A stretch of DNA of 60,521 nucleotides, filler included, from Sphacelaria rigidula (taxonomy: Eukaryota): assembly GCA_964200075.2 (NCBI GenBank). It is 9 parts of 9 records of this genome, joined end to end, with 100 filler letters (N's around TTAATTAATTAA, not from the genome) between each part and the next. Parts side by side here need not be neighbours in the genome. Positions count along the whole stretch, not along the records: positions 33,682 to 40,317 come from CAXNAA020018926.1; positions 40,418 to 47,052 come from CAXNAA020018927.1; positions 47,153 to 53,787 come from CAXNAA020018928.1; 6 more parts are not named here. One strand, written 5' to 3'. Made by a program: the position numbers and the translations under genes. The notes beneath the pieces were generated by a model. The model was not told where the DNA came from and searched no databases. It saw only the letters and a list, made by a program, of their open reading frames with translations. Below, in pieces: positions 36,601 through 47,815 of this stretch (position 1 is the stretch's first letter; the number at the start of each line of letters is the position of its first letter).

Positions 36601-39600
36601 CCGGCCGAACACGTCGAACAGTTGGCATCATTCTTCAATCGGTTTGAACAACACAACTTGAAACTAGCACCCTCCAAATCCCGCATTGGCACCACGAAGA
36701 TTGACTTCTTGGGTCATTGCATCACCCCCGAAGGTCGTAGCCCAAACCTCGACAAGGTCGCCGCACTCTCCGATATGCCCATGCCACGGGACATTTCTTA
36801 ACTGCGTTCCTTGTTGGGAGGTCCCAGCTACTACAGACAGTACTTGCCAAACCTTGCCCGAAAGCTAAAACCCCTCACCACCCTCCTCAAAAAAAGGGGT
36901 GAAATTTGTGTTCACATTGGAAATGGAAAAAACCGTCCGCCGCCTCCTCGACACCCTTTCGCGCCCGCCGATTCTCGTCTTCCCCGACTGGTCGGCCGCG
37001 GAGCAGGGTTCCCGCCCTTTCCGGCTCCACACAGATTCTTCCAAAATTGGGTTTGGCTGCACATTGGAACAGGAGCAAGTCGATGCTACTTTTCGTCCCA
37101 TTGTCTATCTGAGTCGCACCACTTTTCCGAATGAACAGAATTGGTCTGTCATGGAACAAGAGGCCGGCGCAGCTATTTGGGGCGTGCGACGTCTGCGTCA
37201 GTATTTGTATGACATCCCGTTTGTGATTCGTACCGACCACAAGTCTTTGGAAAGCCTTGCCAAAATGGCGGAACACAACGCTAGGGTCCAACGCTGGTTC
37301 GAAATCCTGTCGTCTTACAACTTTCAACTGAAGCACCGCACAGGTCCCCAGAATGCAAACGCCGACTTCCTGTCACGCTTGCCCACACCAGCTCAACCTA
37401 TCGACGAATCCGCCATGGGACGTATCACCGATCCCACCGAAGACATTGTATATTTCATAAGCAGGAATGGACATAACGGTCTCTACAAACCACTTTCACT
37501 GAGAGAAACGCCGGCTTTAGGCATGGGTGGGCTGATGACCACAGCCCACGCATCAGTTTCAGGCAGCTTGCAACCTCAATCGTTGTACTCAGTTTGGAAT
37601 GGACTGTCTACGAATACTGTTGGCTATGATTATTTTCGTGCAACTGGCCAGCGCATGGCTTTCGCAGCAGGTGTAGAACCGTCCTTTGCTGACTCCGTCT
37701 TACCAGTTCAAGTTAGAGATTTGATTTCGAGTAGGGCTCGTGGACGGCGGACCGCCGAAACGGCCACCAAATTAGCCGTATCCGGTCCTGATCTTCCCCC
37801 CCTGCCCCCACCCCGGTTCCCGATAGTTTCCTTGCGCCCCCGCAGCCTTCGCGACGCAAGGCCCCCAGAAAATCGACCCCGACCGTACCGCCCCTACCAA
37901 CCATAGCCGAAACCACGACTGTGCCCCCCTCCAGTGGTGATGATATTGCAAACACCACCACAACACCCTCCACGCTAATCGACGCAGGAGTAGACGTTAA
38001 CGTTCCGTCTGAGAGTGCACCACCTGGTAGGCTCACCCTTGATTCCGAAATCACCGCTTCGTGCCAACCCCGCCCCGAACCGACCCAACACGAAGTCGAC
38101 GCTTCAACAGGTGGTGTATCCAAGGAACGTTTGACTCTCTTCTCCCACGCCGATTGGGCCCGAGAACAACAAGCGGAACCTGCTTGTAAATCAGCTATCC
38201 ATTATTTATCGAAAGGTTGTCCATGTCCATTCTCAGAAACTGAATTCCTTCTGCCAGTCGGGAATCTCAAAGCGCCCACACAGGATGAAGTTACTGAACT
38301 TTCGAGGAAAGGTATGCTACATACGGATGATGATGGTATAGTTCTGTTGGTTCGCCGGCCCACAGCAGCCCTCCCCAGGGGGAAGCCTTCAAGTCGACAT
38401 GCCCGCTTGCTAGGTGATGAACCCGTCCGACACTTTCTACGATAGCCCCCCCCCGAAACCAGCTAAAGGTGTCACGAAAACACTGGCCATGCAGCGCCTG
38501 ATGTTCGGGTTCAGGCTGCATGAAGCGCCTCATATTGGCGACATCGGCNNNNNNNNNGATTTACGTGAAGATTTTGCCTCCCAAAACCATGCACTTTTTT
38601 GGGGGGGGCTATCGTAGAAAGTGTCGTCCGCATCTATGTCCCGATGCTACTACGCCCATGGGTTCTCCACGAATGCCATTCACAGGCATCGACTCATTTA
38701 GGCGCCATTAGGACCTCCCAGATGTTGGAACGTTTTTATTGGTGGGTTTGTATGGATCAGTGTTGTCGATGGTGGGTGAGGCGTTGTCTTTTGTGTCAGG
38801 CACGAAAAAAACTTCTCGTCAAACAGTTCGTTGGCCGATTGTTTCCATGCCACTCCCAAACGGGCCTGGTGAAGTAGTCTCGTGGGACTATTTTGGTCCT
38901 TTGCCCCTGACGGATAGTGGGAATAAGTATGTTTTGTTGTTTACGGATAGATTTAGTCGACATGCGGTGATGTACGCCGTCCCCCCCAGTAGTTATACCG
39001 CGCGAGGTACCGCCAACATTCTAGTCTACATGTACATCCCACTGTGGGGTGTGCCCAAACGCTCATTATCTGACAACGGCCCGCATTTTCAGGCAAACTT
39101 TCTGCCGCTGTCAGTGACCTTTTGGGTGCCCATCGCATTTTTACTAGTTCATATCACCCTTCCACCAATGGTGGAACGGAACGAGTCAACCATACGATGG
39201 CGTGTTTTGTATTTGGTCTTTCGTTTTTGTATTTTAAATTCTTTGTTTTTGTGTTGCGTTTTGTATTTTGTTCCTTTGGACCCTGTTTTTTTTGCTTCGA
39301 TTTTCTTTGCCTTCGTTTTCCATGTTTTATTTTGTTTTTGTCTTCTTTTCGTTTCGCCTCGTCCTTTATGTTCGATTTTCTTGTGTTCAATGGGTACTTT
39401 TCTTGGGTACCTCTGGGTTCATCTAGCGAAGTACAAGTGATGACCGTTCCATTCCTGACCCCGAGTCTGGAACCTTGAACCTCCGTCCTCCGCGCCGTAC
39501 ATTCACAACCATTCCGCCCACCGGAACAGTTGCCACGAGTTATTTGTGCCTTCATTTGTTTTTCTTCCTTTTCGTTGTACGTATACCTTGTTTTGCCTTG

Positions 39601-40317
39601 TTATTACCTGGTCTTCATTTTTTATTTGTCTTTTCTTTATGGAAGAGTCACTTTTTTTTATGGAAGAGTTAACGGAGCCAGCGCTAGCCATATTTGACGC
39701 CCACGTCTGGAATACTTGCGCTCTTGTTCAATCGCTCCGCACGAGAATGCCGCCTCCCTCTTCGGGATCGGTTATGACGTGCCTTTTTTGTGTCATACGT
39801 TGTCGGTATTTTTCTTTTTCTTTTTTGCCTGTTCGGTTGAGAGTTTTAGGAGCGAGCGCTGCATATACCTGACCGCCCTGTGTGGAATAATTGCGCTCTT
39901 GCCCACCCGCTCCGTACACGCATACCGCTCCCCCCTGCAGGATCGGCAATGACGTGTCCCTTTTTTGTGTGCGTACTACGTTAATTCTATATTGACATGG
40001 GTTGCCTGAAATGTTTTGACCTTCTTGGCTGAAATTTTTTGACCCTGCTTGCTTCATACACACGATAACCGCTCCCGTTTACAAGGACGGCTGCCACGTG
40101 TTTTTTTTCTGCCTTGTGTTGCGGATTTTCGTTTTCGCTGTTGTCCAGGGTGTCCCTGGTTATTTATTTTGGTTTTGTTTTCTGCGTCCATGTCGTGAAT
40201 TTCGCCACGAGTGTTCCAACGTTTCTGACCCTCGAGTCTAGAACACTTGGCCTACTTTTTTTTGCGAGTCCTGCCGCATGTGACCGACCTCGTTTATAGG
40301 AGGGTCACGGGTAATGC
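33682..40317 (+). mobile_element. Ty3/Gypsy element, copy 2 of the same family (decayed, internally deleted)
   Basis: Protease (LPDSGS, VLLGRD) in 33947-35491; RT (YLDD) in 35317-36801; RNase H in 36899-37906; integrase HHCC and DDE at 38650-39200. Collinear and highly similar to the reverse complement of 20330-26541. Confidence 0.95.
38429..38625. mobile_element. TIR DNA transposon insertion (same family as 22382-22586), 4-bp TSD GTCC
   Basis: GTCC|GACACTTTCTACGATAGCCCC...GGGGCTATCGTAGAAAGTGTC|GTCC. The empty site is visible in copy 1 (DEPIRIYVP). Confidence 0.93.
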
Positions 40318-40417
40318 NNNNNNNNNNNNNNNNNNNNNNNNNNNNNNNNNNNNNNNNNNNNTTAATTAATTAANNNNNNNNNNNNNNNNNNNNNNNNNNN
40401 NNNNNNNNNNNNNNNNN
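40318..40417. other. Artificial contig spacer
   Basis: 44 N + TTAATTAATTAA + 44 N. Confidence 0.98.
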
Positions 40418-40428
40418 GGGGGGGGGGG

Positions 40429-40791
40429 GTGCCAGTGTCTGCCGAAGCAGAGCATTTGCCGCCGTCGGCATATTCCTCAGCCAATTCGTCACCCGATGTC
40501 GGGTCGGAGGTAGCCGGTGTAGCGGACCAACAAGTACCGCCAGGAGACAACGAGACCACGGGCGCAGGTGCGACGACACAGGCGGCGGTGGCGGCCGAAA
40601 CGAACCATCCGGCACCATCGGCAGAGGCCTTCGTCAACACCCCCCCGGCGGCCGAGGCGGCAATGACGGTCGAGGGGGACAGGGCTGGCGTGAGGAATCT
40701 CCCCGAGATGGGCCAATCGACGAGCGACGGATTATTCCAGGAGTCCGATGACCAAGTTCAGATCATTCGGGAGGAGTGGGAGCGAGGGGCG
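40429..40791 (+). CDS. Probable exon (5'-truncated) of an unknown Ala/Pro/Glu-rich, coiled-coil protein
   Basis: GC-rich open frame ...DDQVQIIREEWERGA ending at a GTGAGC donor. Confidence 0.55.
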
Positions 40792-41201
40792 GTGAGCAGG
40801 GGTGAAAATGTCGTCGTTTGTGTGTGTAATATCCAAACTAGCAAACAATTCTTGTGAAGGTTTGGCGTCTTGCTTCGTTTCCGGTCCAGGTACAGTCTCG
40901 TGCCGTTGAGCATAGCGCAGCGTTTCTCCAAATACGCCGAGCCAAGCCCCTGTTCCTCTTCATGCAATACAGGCAAGAAAATTTCAAAGCGCAAACCTGC
41001 TGAGCGCACGGGGCGATGAGATTGCCGGCGATCCAAATTCCGAGTCTTGGAGGCTGCATTGTGCTGCGTCTCTGCGATATAGTCGTTCCTCATGCTCTGG
41101 TTTACGTTGTGCTTATTGCCCTCTGTGAGTTGGTAATTTTAACAGACGAACGAATAACGAAAAAAGACACACAGGTGCAAAAGTCACAACGCTTCTTTAG
41201 C

Positions 41202-41529
41202 CCACCTCCCATCCCAGATTTGTCTCCTTAAGCGCGGCCACACGCTCCTTTAACTGCCCGCTGTCCCGTTTGACCTCAGCCGACGTGTGCTTCACAAACG
41301 GATAACACCAACTCACAGAGCGCAACTAACACATGATGAACTCGAGCATGAGGAAGAACCTCGCGGTATGGCCTTTCATCTTGCTCCGATCCATCGTGTG
41401 TTCGTTGCGCTCTGTGGGTTGATCGTTATCCGTTTGTGAAGCGCACGACGGTCGAGGTCAAACAGGACAGCGAGCAGTTGAAGGAACGTGTGACCGCACT
41501 TGAGGAGATAAATCTGAGATGGGAGATGG
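41202..41529. ncRNA. Long hairpin 1 (inverted duplication of an exon-like segment plus its acceptor); candidate pre-miRNA/hpRNA
   Basis: 41202-41357 is the reverse complement of 41373-41529 (roughly 85% by eye), with a loop of ~15 nt. The inverted repeat is certain; RNA function is inferred. Confidence 0.5.
41442..41528 (+). CDS. Possible exon: RTTVEVKQDSEQLKERVTALEEINLRWEM (coiled coil)
   Basis: 87 nt, AAG acceptor, GT donor, phase 0 continuing the 40791 exon, heptad pattern. Confidence 0.45.
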
Positions 41530-41559
41530 TCTCATGGAGCGCTCTGCTCCCCCCATGCT

Positions 41560-41895
41560 TCTTTTTTATTCACCCTTTACTTTTTATTTATTTTTTTCAT
41601 ATTTTTTTCTCCTCAACCCTTTCGATGCCTTCCCTACTTCCGAATGAATCCCTAGCCTTGAGGGATCATCCCATCTCTCCCCCTTTACTCGTCTCACACT
41701 TTGGTATTACGGGCTGGATCAGCACACCAGCACCGGGTCGGCTTGCGTCGGAAAACTCGCTTTGCCAATCACGTCATCACATTTTGGACGACGGAGTTCG
41801 GATAGTTTTTGGATATAAATCAAGATGCACCTACCGGGAATCGAACCGGCATTCTCACGACCCAATGGCATCGGCCATACCATTCGACCACCTGG
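41560..41895 (-). mobile_element. tRNA-derived SINE
   Basis: Minus strand has A box GTGGTCGAATGG, B box GGTTCGATTCCC and an A-rich tail (T-rich on plus at 41560-41610). Confidence 0.75.
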
Positions 41896-42650
41896 TTGTT
41901 TTCATTTGTTCAACTGTGCGTAGCCTTGCTGCTGGATTGTGCTTTTGCAATCACTTTGTACTGCTTGCTGTTTTTTATTTGTTCGCTTGCTGGTGCGTTC
42001 GAAATGATGTGCGCAAACATACGGCGCAGTCGTGGAGCAACAATCAAGAGGGAAAATACCCACCGCCTTTTTTTTTTTTTTTGGAACGAGAGTGTCACTG
42101 TGAAAGCTAGGAGCTGACCAACGCAGTCGTGATTTTATGTGTTTGTGTTGCTTCTCTTGTGATCTTTTTTGAGGGGAGGAAACATGGACCCCGAGAATCG
42201 AGCGTACCGAAAAGTACTCGTCTACGTTTGTAGTCCTCCGGTGATATATTCAGGAAGTATATGACATCACCTAGTGCTGACGACTATGGGTATCTCTGAT
42301 GAGGCGTGAATCCTTCCTCTGTTCTCTGTCTTCATGCTATGTCTCTGCTTTCGGTGGGCAAAATCAATCCCTACGTCGTGCCGCCGGTGCAGGTGCAGCG
42401 GAGATGGTGTTGGCGTTGTTGGTTGAGTCGTTACTTTTTGGCGATCAGTGCCACAGCGCTCGTACCGCGCATGGACTTTCTCACATGCCCTGGTGGTGCC
42501 GGTTTTTTCTCCTTGTTCTCTTCAGCTGATTGATGGAGGGAGAGCAGTTCATGTTGCTCAGGCGCGTCGTACTGCTTGACCGCACATGCTCCGAAACCGC
42601 CCTTCCTCCGGGAAAGAAAAAATGACGGCAATCTCAACGATCTTCAAACC

Positions 42651-42981
42651 CAAGACTCGGCTTAAAAACACGGATCAGTGGTTGGTTGCGGGTGACGCGC
42701 TCCAGGAATCAGAGTTCGGCCCTTGATCTTGAACAGGAACGAGCCTGGACAGGCTGCATGCTGGAGCAGATGCATGATCACGAGGAGCTCCAGGGGATTG
42801 ATCCGATCGAGTGATTCGTTGTCAGTTATCCTAGCAACCATCTGGAGCTGCTCGTGATCGTGCATCTGCTTCAGCATGCAGCTCATCCAGGCTCGTTCCT
42901 GCTCGACGCCGAGGGCCAAGCTGCGATTCCTGGAGCGCGTCACCCGCAACCACCGATTTCGTGCATTCGAGTCGGGTCTTG
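42651..42981 (+). ncRNA. Long hairpin 2; candidate pre-miRNA/hpRNA
   Basis: Arms ~42651-42800 and ~42835-42981 include a perfect 27-bp block GGTTGCGGGTGACGCGCTCCAGGAATC. Many arm differences give G-U pairs on the plus strand. Confidence 0.55.
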
Positions 42982-43217
42982 TCTCCAGGACGCTGCTCTT
43001 CGCACATTCGTTTTCGTTCGGTGTGCTCGGCACTCGGCCAGTCGCGTGGTTACTGCCGATATGCAGTGGAGTACCACGATCGTTTGCAGTGTTTTGCCAT
43101 GTTCACGATACGACCAATAGCGACGCAGTTGTCCCCGTGGATGAGCTGTGAGTAGGTGTAACATTCTACGGGCATCGACTACCCCCCGTTGCCACTGCAA
43201 ATATCGCTTTCTTCTTC

Positions 43218-43493
43218 TTATAGCCGTATCGGGATTCGGTGATGTACGCAATCGCTCGGTGCTGACCTACCTTCATTGGCGAGAAAACGGTTGGCACGGA
43301 TCGGCCTCCAAGGGTGATACGGATCGTTTCCCCCTGAAGCCGAACAAACCGCTCCTTTTTATAGCCGTATCGGGATTCGGTGATATAGGCGATCGCTCGG
43401 TGCTGACGTACCTTCATTGACGAGAAAACGGTTGGCACGGATCGGCCTCCAAGGGTGATACGGATCGTTTCCCCCTGAAGCCGAACAAACCGC
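43218..43493 (+). repeat. 141-bp tandem duplication (2 near-identical units)
   Basis: Units start TTATAGCCGTATCGGGATTCGG at 43218 and 43359. Confidence 0.95.
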
Positions 43494-43709
43494 GTTCGCC
43501 GAAGGCTGCCACACCGCGCCACATGTGACGTTTGTTGGTCAAGCGATTGTTTTGCCGCAAGTTGTAGGTTCGTGATGGTGGTATGATGGCCTGTTTGGCG
43601 CTATTCCCTTGTATGCTTGCTGCTGCCGGCGTGAACGATCGATGGATGCTGCTGCTCGCTTAGTGTAGCGGTGAGTGCAAGAGCTGTCCGACCGCCTGCT
43701 AGAAGTCAG

Positions 43710-43823
43710 ATGGAGGTTCATATGCTTTTGTACGTCCTGGATCACGACGACGAAAAAGTTCGCGACCTGCGGGTGCAAGTGGCTCGCCTGTCCGGGGCAA
43801 GCGACAGGATGCTGGGAGAGCAG
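43710..43823 (+). CDS. Possible exon: MEVHMLLYVLDHDDEKVRDLRVQVARLSGASDRMLGEQ
   Basis: 114 nt, CAG acceptor, CAG|GTA donor, coiled-coil-like. Confidence 0.4.
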
Positions 43824-44009
43824 GTATTCAAAACATCAGTAATCCATTTTGAGGCGGTGCCTTGTGGCTTGTTCCAATATTTTGCTTTTACCCTTGTCGG
43901 GCTTGAACAGGACTGTCGCTAGAGTTGCACCATGCAGGTTTCTTATTGACGACACGAAAGGTTCTACACACCAGACCACTGATGAGTCGGTCGACCTAGA
44001 GATGTTTTC

Positions 44010-44040
44010 GATGATGATGATGATGATGGTGGTGATGATA

Positions 44041-44072
<32 letters not shown>

Positions 44073-44132
44073 CTTGTTGTGATTGTTGCTGCTGCTTTTC
44101 ATGCTGTTGCTGCTGCTTTTCATGCTGTTGCT
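44010..44132. repeat. (GAT)n microsatellite followed by GCT/GTT-rich repeats
   Basis: Direct inspection of the sequence. Confidence 0.9.
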
Positions 44133-45516
44133 CCTGTACTACCCTCATACAAGTACTGAATGATTAGTCTATTGTAGAACGTTTGTTGTGGGTTACCTCA
44201 TACATACCTCGTGAAATATCAGCTCACGTCTGCGCGACGTGTGTAATGGTGGAGGGATCTATACTGCACACTTCAATGGCATGTAATCGTGTCGTTTATC
44301 CCGCCTCACGGCTTTCTTTGATCAAACGCCGCCCACTGTGGCTTGCCCCCGGAACTGGCGACTCGACAACTGACACTAAATTTGGGGGTAGACTCCTGCT
44401 TTGCCGTGCGTTTTATTATCTTATCACCCAGAGTCGAAAATTATTGATTCCTCGACCATACACTTGACAAAAAGAATCGATTGAGGTGCTAGCATTTTAA
44501 CTAGTACAACGTATATTTCCAAGTACATCAAAGAGTATACTTTCTGTGTTGAAAGTCCCTGGTCTATGGAGCAAGCGCTGGTTGCGGTCTGCCAGTCGGG
44601 CCGAGTGGGGTTTGCTCATATTGATGTCGCTTGTTATACTTGTACACGATCTCACCATTGGTACACGACACGCGAGGTGGTCACTCTTTCCCCCCCCCCC
44701 CTCCCTCCTTTCTGTTCTCCGCCGTCGCTGCACGTTCACCCACCTGTCGAAGGTCCAGTGGCGCCCGGAACCGGTGTGAGCTCGATCGTGATAACACCCT
44801 GCACCGTAAGACGCAGAGGAAGAGATGGTAACGGCAAGAAACTCCGCCACAAGAGATGAAGATATTGTGTAGCCCTCGCAGAACTGGCAGCAGCGGAGGC
44901 GGCCGCCGATTCGGAGACGACTCATACGGGGTCGGGTGGCACGCAAGAGGGAGATACAGAACAACTATTTAATATTTTAAGTATCTTTTCATTTTTGCTC
45001 TCCCTCCACAAATGTTGGAAATCACCAGTCAACACTCATCGCCCTATTTGAAACAAGGGTGGACACGGGTGAAGAACGATGTTCTGTTCAATGCAGACTC
45101 ACGCGGAAATATTCTGTTTTGCAAGGAACTTCTCTGTCATCCAGATTGTGACGATCTACTGTACACTTGTATACGTGCTGTCCACGTCTCGAGACAATAC
45201 GCATTTTAACCGTGCTTGATTGTGTATACGCCGTCCGGCTCCACCTGCTCCATCTGTCTCAGATCCATGTATACTTGTTTCTGCTGAAATGTTTCTCCCA
45301 GGTTAATTAATGGTCATGCAAGCGAAGTTGATGAAGCCAGCTGTGCTGAACCTTCCGGCTACAGCGGGGGTGCGGGCAACGGCAGAGGTAGTGCTGGCCG
45401 CGGCGGTAGGTGGGGTGCACTCATGGCGGTAGGTGGGGGGGGAGGAGGCGTTTTTGGTGGAAGGAAGCGAGGTGCGGAGTGCAGTTACCTTGGTGAGTGA
45501 GTGCTTTCGGAGACTG

Positions 45517-45950
45517 GTTATGACCTCAATACTTTACCCGAAAGTTGGGTAATTTGGGTACACGATTTTTATACTCTATTCAAATTTTGGGTAGATCGGG
45601 TATGATCCCAGTACTTTACTCAACTATTGCGTGAGCACTCTCAGTAATAATACCTGGGTATAGAGTATCACTTGGGTATGGCCTCAATACACTACTTAAA
45701 ATTTGGGTCATTTGAGTACGATTTTTCTACTTTACCCAAATTTTGGGTAGATTGGGTGCGATCTCAAATACTCTACCCGAATATTGGGTAAGTCATCTCA
45801 GCATTACCTGGGTTCGGAGTGTCACTTGGGAATGACCTCAGTACTCTCTCTACCTTAAATTTTGGTAAGTTGGGTATAATTTGTATACTCTACCAAAATG
45901 TTGGGCAGATTGGGTACGATTTCAATACCCTACCCAAATGTTTTGGTACT
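45517..45950. repeat. Minisatellite of ~39-bp palindrome-containing units arranged in ~155-bp higher-order repeats
   Basis: Recurrent TACCCAAATTTTGGGTA. Higher-order units start near 45517, 45674 and 45828. Confidence 0.8.
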
Positions 45951-46998
45951 CAGAGTGTGAATTTTTCAAAGTACCGAGTATCGGGGGTCCCTTACCCGAC
46001 CTGATCTCGAAGAACACCTACGAGCCTGACCAATCTCATTGTGTCATTTCTGGTCTAGTTTCCAAGAGCTCGCATCAGACGTTTCGGCACGTGGCTGCAC
46101 GAAAATTCATACTGCTTTTTGCATCATGCTATACTTCGCTGCGCTGTGCTGTGCCATCTATTGGGCGGTGCAAGTGCTGATACTTGTGGGAAAAAAAAAG
46201 GCATACGCGTTGTACTCCTCTTCATGGTTGAGTTTCTCCCCCCGCCGTCCAGGAGAAAATATCTGCTTCGAAAACCCCACGGTGCATACATTAGTTCGGC
46301 GACTTTGGCGTATGGTTTCCCGCTCCGGATGGCACGTAGATATATCACGATACAGTCGTATGAGCGAGCGGGAGCGAACCTGGGGCGTAGTTCTCGGCCA
46401 TCTCCGGACTACCTCTTGATAATCTTTCATTTTTAGACAACTGTCAGATGATATCCTACTTCCGGCTCCAGACTACTCCACGGTTGCAGCAGTCGATCTT
46501 CGATGTTTAAGAGGTATAGGTAGACACAGATCACAGAACACAAATCAGCCCTTCAACACGCGAAGCATTCCCGAAGAAACTGTGCGTCAAGGATGACGGG
46601 TCGCTGTAATTGAACACACGTGGTGAATCGAGTTGAGTGTCGAATTGACGCGCAATTTTGCTGGTCCAACGACAAAAAAAGCGCAAATTACCGATAAGTT
46701 GTGGTGTGATAGGATGGGAAAATGTTGGCGTGTTTAGTTTGTCACTTGATGTGCACGGGGACAAAAGCGCAAGCGCTATCAGCACTCGGTGTGACCAATA
46801 CATGCCACCTGCAAAACTACCAAACATTACAGTAGTAAGTACATCGCAGTTGTTGTATTATACCAGTCAGCCGCGTGTTGTGGCGTGCGTTGCTTCCTGT
46901 GTGCACCATGCCGTGAAGCAGCAGCACAGCAGCAGGGTAAAATTCAATAGGTGCATGTGCATGGAGTTGAGAAATTTTTTTATGTGTTTATCATAATG

Positions 46999-47052
46999 TG
47001 TGGAGGATACCTCTTTGCAGTGACATATCAGAGACTGATGCCACACATGTAT
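46999..47052 (+). mobile_element. Start of an LTR (same family as 1424-1775), cut by the contig end
   Basis: TGTGGAGGATACCTCTTTGCAGTGACATATCAGAGACTGATG. Confidence 0.8.
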
Positions 47053-47152
47053 NNNNNNNNNNNNNNNNNNNNNNNNNNNNNNNNNNNNNNNNNNNNTTAA
47101 TTAATTAANNNNNNNNNNNNNNNNNNNNNNNNNNNNNNNNNNNNNNNNNNNN
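47053..47152. other. Artificial contig spacer
   Basis: 44 N + TTAATTAATTAA + 44 N. Confidence 0.98.
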
Positions 47153-47737
47153 GTTGTTTGTCTATATAGAAGTGAGAATGTTGGAAGGAAAGGAGAAAGA
47201 AGGGTGGGTGTGGTGGGGGGGGGGGGGGGGGGGGGGGGGGGGTATACGGTCACGAGTCGCATGGGACACACCTTGAATGTAAAAAAAAAGCAAGCTAACA
47301 GGTAGGTAGACACCCTCTTCAAATATGCCTCGGTTACTTCCCCCAGGTGATCACCGATGGTTCACCACTCAACGGCCCGTTTTGGCGTCGAGCATGATAG
47401 AAACAGAAGGTTCAAGCAAGATCCACGGATGGTCAGGGATACCGTGAAAACGCGAGTTAACCGCAATCGATTCAAGTCGACGAGATCCGGGAGCGCTGAT
47501 CCCTTGCTCGACACTGAATTGTCCGCGAGGTACCGGGGAAAAGACGGGTTCATCCCCTGAGACTACGGACTGACTCGCCCCATGAATCGGGGAGAATCAA
47601 AAGTACAACGAACGAAAAATACTGTATATTATACGTGACTAGGGTACGCCCGATGTAGCAGTCGCGCCCTCCTGTCTGTAAGCATGGATTTTTCGGGAGG
47701 GGGGTTGAGGAAGACTTCTGCACGAACTGGGGTTTTC

Positions 47738-47815
47738 CTCACACCATGCCCAACAGTGGTAGAGCGACTACGTCGTAAGTACCCAAAATTCGACTTCGCG
47801 GTCGACGAGGGAAAG
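47738..47815 (+). repeat. SINE central segment shared with 6815-6891
   Basis: CTCACACCATGCCCAACAGTGG..GTCGT..GTAC..AAAATTCGACTT..CGGTCGACGAGGGAAAG. Confidence 0.85.

Noticed and set aside
43979..44000. Hammerhead ribozyme core CTGATGA-GTCG..CGAC
   Set aside because: The required GAAA after stem II is absent (CTAG instead); other CTGANGA sites checked also lack it.
45517..45950. CRISPR-like array (also 50274-50348 and 51501-51578)
   Set aside because: No unique spacers, degenerate units, eukaryotic context and no cas genes.
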